Of a stretch of DNA of 64,000 nt, positions 59,673 to 64,000 are shown in pieces. The notes below the pieces were generated by a model. It saw nothing but the letters and a program-made list of their open reading frames with translations. It had not been told where the DNA came from and searched no databases. The DNA is taken from the NCBI GenBank assembly GCA_044341215.1, contig JBIISC010000001.1:40010-104009 (forward strand). Direction: 5' to 3'. The position numbers and the translations under genes are program-made. Numbering within the stretch: position 1 is the stretch's first letter; each line of letters begins with the position of its first letter. This DNA comes from Candidatus Nanopelagicales bacterium. GTDB lineage: Bacteria > Actinomycetota > Actinomycetes > S36-B12 > UBA5976.

Positions 59673-60509
59673 ATGTCCATTTCGTTAGACGAATGGCTCT
59701 CATACGAGCCAAGAAAACCAAAAGTAAAACAAACCGTTGGTCCTGCTAGCGTTCTTTCAATCTTTAATCAAAAAGGTGGCGTTGGAAAAACAACTTCAAC
59801 TATTTCAATCGGTGCTGCATTAGCGGAATACGGACGCAAAGTTCTTGTAGTTGATTTCGATCCGCAAGGTTCCTTAACAGTCGGCTTAACTGGTAACCAC
59901 GAAATATCGCCTTCTGTTTACGACCTTATTGTTGGCGGTGTTACGACTCAAGAAGTTATTTTGAAAACGCGAGTTCCAGGTCTGGATCTACTGCCAGCAG
60001 GAATAGATCTTGCTGCTGCTGAAGCTTGGTTGTTCAACGAAGTAGGCCGGGAGTACGCGCTACAACGTGCACTAGCTCCAGTCGTAAACGATTATGACTA
60101 TATTTTGATCGATTGCCTTCCTTCGCTTGGATTGCTTGCAATCAATGCTTTATCAGTGAGCCAAGGTTTAATCATTCCCTTGCAGTGCGAGTTTTATGCT
60201 TTAAAAGGTTTAGCTTTGCTTCAAGAAACTTTAGAAAAAGTTCAATCTCGAATCAACCCAAGTTTGGAAGTTAAAGGTATCTTGCCAACTCGCGTGGGAC
60301 GTTCCACACATCATCGTGATGTATTGGAATTAGTGATTCAAGGTTTTGGGGAAACAGTTTTTCACACAATTATTCCTGACACAATCAAAATTAGTGACTC
60401 GACTATGGCTGCGCAACCAATCACAAGTTACGCATCTACTTCAAATGCAGCTGAGGCATACCGTCATGTCGCAGCAGAACTAATTGAAAGAATTGAAGGT
60501 AAAAAATGA
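59673..60509 (+). CDS. ParA/Soj-family ATPase (Rv1708/PldP-like second ParA)
   Basis: Deviant Walker A NQKGGVGKTT and DFDPQGS. I trimmed the start to the ATG at 59673. Opposite strand to all neighbouring segregation genes. Confidence 0.88.
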   Translation: MSISLDEWLSYEPRKPKVKQTVGPASVLSIFNQKGGVGKTTSTISIGAALAEYGRKVLVVDFDPQGSLTVGLTGNHEISPSVYDLIVGGVTTQEVILKTRVPGLDLLPAGIDLAAAEAWLFNEVGREYALQRALAPVVNDYDYILIDCLPSLGLLAINALSVSQGLIIPLQCEFYALKGLALLQETLEKVQSRINPSLEVKGILPTRVGRSTHHRDVLELVIQGFGETVFHTIIPDTIKISDSTMAAQPITSYASTSNAAEAYRHVAAELIERIEGKK

Positions 60510-60919
60510 GTAAGCGCCCAGCACTACCAGGTGCCGAAGAACTCTTCCGCCGAACAGCTACTCCTATTCGGCCAGATGTAAACCAAACACCAACGGTTTC
60601 AGTTGTGCCAGACGTTGAGATTGACGATTCCACACCAAATGCAATGGAAGGTGGAGTTCGACCAGTTGCAGTAACTGGTCGTCGTCGTCGTGGCGCCGGA
60701 AGACCAACTGGGCGCATCCGTCACGAAGAAAAGATTACGGTTTACGTCTCTCCGGAAGAATTAATTGAATTGGAACAAGCTCGCCTAACTTTGCGCGGAA
60801 CCCACGGGATGGCAGTAGATCGCGGACGTATTGTGCGGGAAGCGATTGCGGTTGTAGTGGCTGACCTTGAATCCCGCGGTGGAGACTCAGTACTAGTACG
60901 AAGACTTAAAGGCCTCTAA
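60506..60919 (+). CDS. Hypothetical 137-aa protein with a basic disordered N-terminal half and a ribbon-helix-helix-like C-terminal half
   Basis: ATGA overlap with the parA-like stop. GRRRRGAGRPTGR tract. KITVYVSPEELIELEQARLTLRG-THG-MAVDRGRIVREAIAVVV fits a beta-strand, helix, G-x, helix RHH pattern. No family recognised. Confidence 0.55.
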   Translation: MSKRPALPGAEELFRRTATPIRPDVNQTPTVSVVPDVEIDDSTPNAMEGGVRPVAVTGRRRRGAGRPTGRIRHEEKITVYVSPEELIELEQARLTLRGTHGMAVDRGRIVREAIAVVVADLESRGGDSVLVRRLKGL

Positions 60920-61819
60920 TCACCTTTGCGCGCGAGGATGTGAAGTTGCATAAACCTCACGTAATCTCTGTGCGGTAATTAGAGTGTAGATCTGTGTAGT
61001 AGTCACAGACGCATGCCCTAACAATTCTTGAACTACCCGTAAATCTGCCCCACCTTCAAGCAAATGCGTAGCAAAACAATGACGCAAAGTATGAGGTGAC
61101 ACAGTCTCTTTCAGCGTCGCGATTTCTGCACATCTACGCACTGCATTAAATGCAGAATTTCTAGATAACTGATTACCCTGTTTATTAAGGAAAAGGAAAT
61201 TTGAACTCTTCTTCAAAAGTATGGGTCTTGACCTAACTAAATACTTGTCTAAAGCAGATATAGCATGACTTCCGATTGGAACAACTCTGGTTTTCCCGCC
61301 TTTGCCAAGTAAACGGACACTCTCATTAGCGCGATCAAAATCAGTAATGCTTAGATTTACAACCTCGCTCACACGAGCACCGGTTGAGTACAAAAATTCA
61401 ACCAAGGCATAGTCTCTTATGTCCAGAATTTCATCTGACATCTTGAGAGCGTCAACCAAACGAATTGTTTGTTCGATCGAAAGCGCCTTAGGTAATTTTG
61501 AAGGCAACTTCTGTGTCACAAAACCAGAAGTTGCATCAATAATCACCCATTTCTCACGTAATGCAAATTTGTGCAACCCGCGCACAGACGCCAGCATTCT
61601 TTGAATTGAAGTTCTCGAATATTGACCAGAGCTAATACTTTGCTGGAAATCATAGGTAATCTGATTGTCGATTTTCCCGATAGCGTCCACTTGTTTCGAT
61701 TCCAAGAACAGTGAATAGATTTGCAAATCCTTAGCGTATGCAATCAAGGTATTTGGACTCAATTGACGCTCTACCTTTAAGTGGCTCAAATACTCTTTGA
61801 TTTGATTTCCTATTTGCAT
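60920..61819 (-). CDS. xerD: Tyrosine recombinase XerD
   Basis: C-terminal catalytic region HTLRHCFATHLLEGGADLRVVQELLGHASVTTTQIYT; 299 aa. Confidence 0.9.
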   Translation of the reverse strand: MQIGNQIKEYLSHLKVERQLSPNTLIAYAKDLQIYSLFLESKQVDAIGKIDNQITYDFQQSISSGQYSRTSIQRMLASVRGLHKFALREKWVIIDATSGFVTQKLPSKLPKALSIEQTIRLVDALKMSDEILDIRDYALVEFLYSTGARVSEVVNLSITDFDRANESVRLLGKGGKTRVVPIGSHAISALDKYLVRSRPILLKKSSNFLFLNKQGNQLSRNSAFNAVRRCAEIATLKETVSPHTLRHCFATHLLEGGADLRVVQELLGHASVTTTQIYTLITAQRLREVYATSHPRAQR

Positions 61820-61841
61820 ATCGCGCAGATTAACTTAAGAA

Positions 61842-62471
61842 CTACTGCTCGAAAACGCGATTTGTCGCAATTAGGTGATCGCGCAATGGCCAAGATGCAT
61901 CTGCTGGACGCAATTTTGCGAGATCTAATGATCGATACGCTGTTAGAGCTAAAACAGCGGTCGGACTAGCCAACTTGCCAGCAACTATTTCATCCATCAG
62001 TGTTGACATTGGTATCCATTTCGGGTCCAACTCTGTCTCTTCAGCTTCTAAGTTTGATGAGTCAAATCCCGTAAAAGTTAAGTCGCGTGCCAGGAAAATT
62101 CTCACAGCTTCCGAGGAAGAACCTGGCGTGGTACAAAAGTCACACAAGACAGACCAATTTTGTGCGATGTATCCGGTCTCTTCTAATAGTTCGCGCTTAG
62201 CAGCCTCAAAAGGTGACTCTTTGGGAAAATCAAGTAGGCCTGCAGGAATTTCTACAAGATTGGCTGCAACAGGATGCCTGTATTGATGAATGGTTAACAC
62301 ATCTTCGTTTTCGTTCAATGCAAGCACGGCGACCGCACCCATATGCTGCAGATAGTCACGTGTTAATTCGTGATCGCCAAGAGTGAATGTCTCTTTGACA
62401 ATGCCCCAGATTTTGCCCGTGTACTCAACTGAGGATTTTGAAACGGGTAAATTACGAATCTGATCAAACAT
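61842..62471 (-). CDS. NUDIX hydrolase (ADP-ribose pyrophosphatase-like)
   Basis: Nudix box GLLDFPKESPFEAAKRELLEETG. Confidence 0.85.
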   Translation of the reverse strand: MFDQIRNLPVSKSSVEYTGKIWGIVKETFTLGDHELTRDYLQHMGAVAVLALNENEDVLTIHQYRHPVAANLVEIPAGLLDFPKESPFEAAKRELLEETGYIAQNWSVLCDFCTTPGSSSEAVRIFLARDLTFTGFDSSNLEAEETELDPKWIPMSTLMDEIVAGKLASPTAVLALTAYRSLDLAKLRPADASWPLRDHLIATNRVFEQ

Positions 62472-62472
62472 G

Positions 62473-64000
<1,528 letters not shown>

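Noticed and set aside
60436-60717. 93-aa Arg/Pro-rich ORF antisense to the RHH-like gene.
   Set aside because: It is a by-product of the locally GC-richer CGN/GCC codons of the plus-strand ORF, which is translationally coupled to parA and has a structured C-terminal half.

Overview
The window is almost entirely tightly packed core housekeeping genes from a low-GC, streamlined actinobacterium. By eye the G+C is in the low-to-mid 40s percent; I did not compute it. The actinobacterial assignment rests on mshC (mycothiol), pafBC, the mabA-inhA pair, a GarA-type FHA protein, lnt-ppm1 and an actinobacterial-type suf operon. A freshwater acI/Nanopelagicales-like or similar lineage is my inference only.

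Gene order follows several Mycobacterium tuberculosis synteny blocks (Rv numbers recalled from memory):
- ctaA-ABC-sufRBD(Rieske)CSUT
- fabG1-inhA
- serB2 with an orphan ABC ATPase and DUF4916
- uppP-DUF3090-mshC
- PAC2-metH ... trmI
- pafBC-tatAC-helY-exonuclease-pepQ
- lnt-ppm1
- gcvP-MerR-DUF151-MerR-garA-gcvH-pgsA
- der-cmk ... rluB-scpBA-parA-xerD-nudix-pyrG

I call about 70 CDS, one tRNA-Leu(GAG) and a tandem glycine riboswitch upstream of gcvP. I found no CRISPR array, transposase, integrase other than xerD, prophage, or recognisable defence or toxin-antitoxin genes. This is not an obvious accessory island.

The observations most worth a second look are:
1. A ParA-like ATPase translationally coupled to a 137-aa Arg-rich protein that looks ribbon-helix-helix. 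The pair is inverted relative to the otherwise co-directional xerD ... scpAB segregation cluster.
2. A 224-bp spacer of about 25% G+C between rluB and aroH. It holds a 166-bp unit bounded by a perfect 11-nt inverted repeat and flanked by TTAT direct repeats, so it is either MITE-like or a binding-site array.
3. Only 63 bp separate trmI from FKBP-pafBC, where relatives carry the arc-dop-pup-prcBA-pafA block.
4. A zinc-ribbon N-terminus on the GarA-like FHA protein.
5. Dyad repeats around a promoter for the Rv1830-like MerR gene.
6. Repeated 4-nt palindromic double-stop overlaps between convergent genes.

All functional calls come from motif recognition and synteny by eye. No database search was run.
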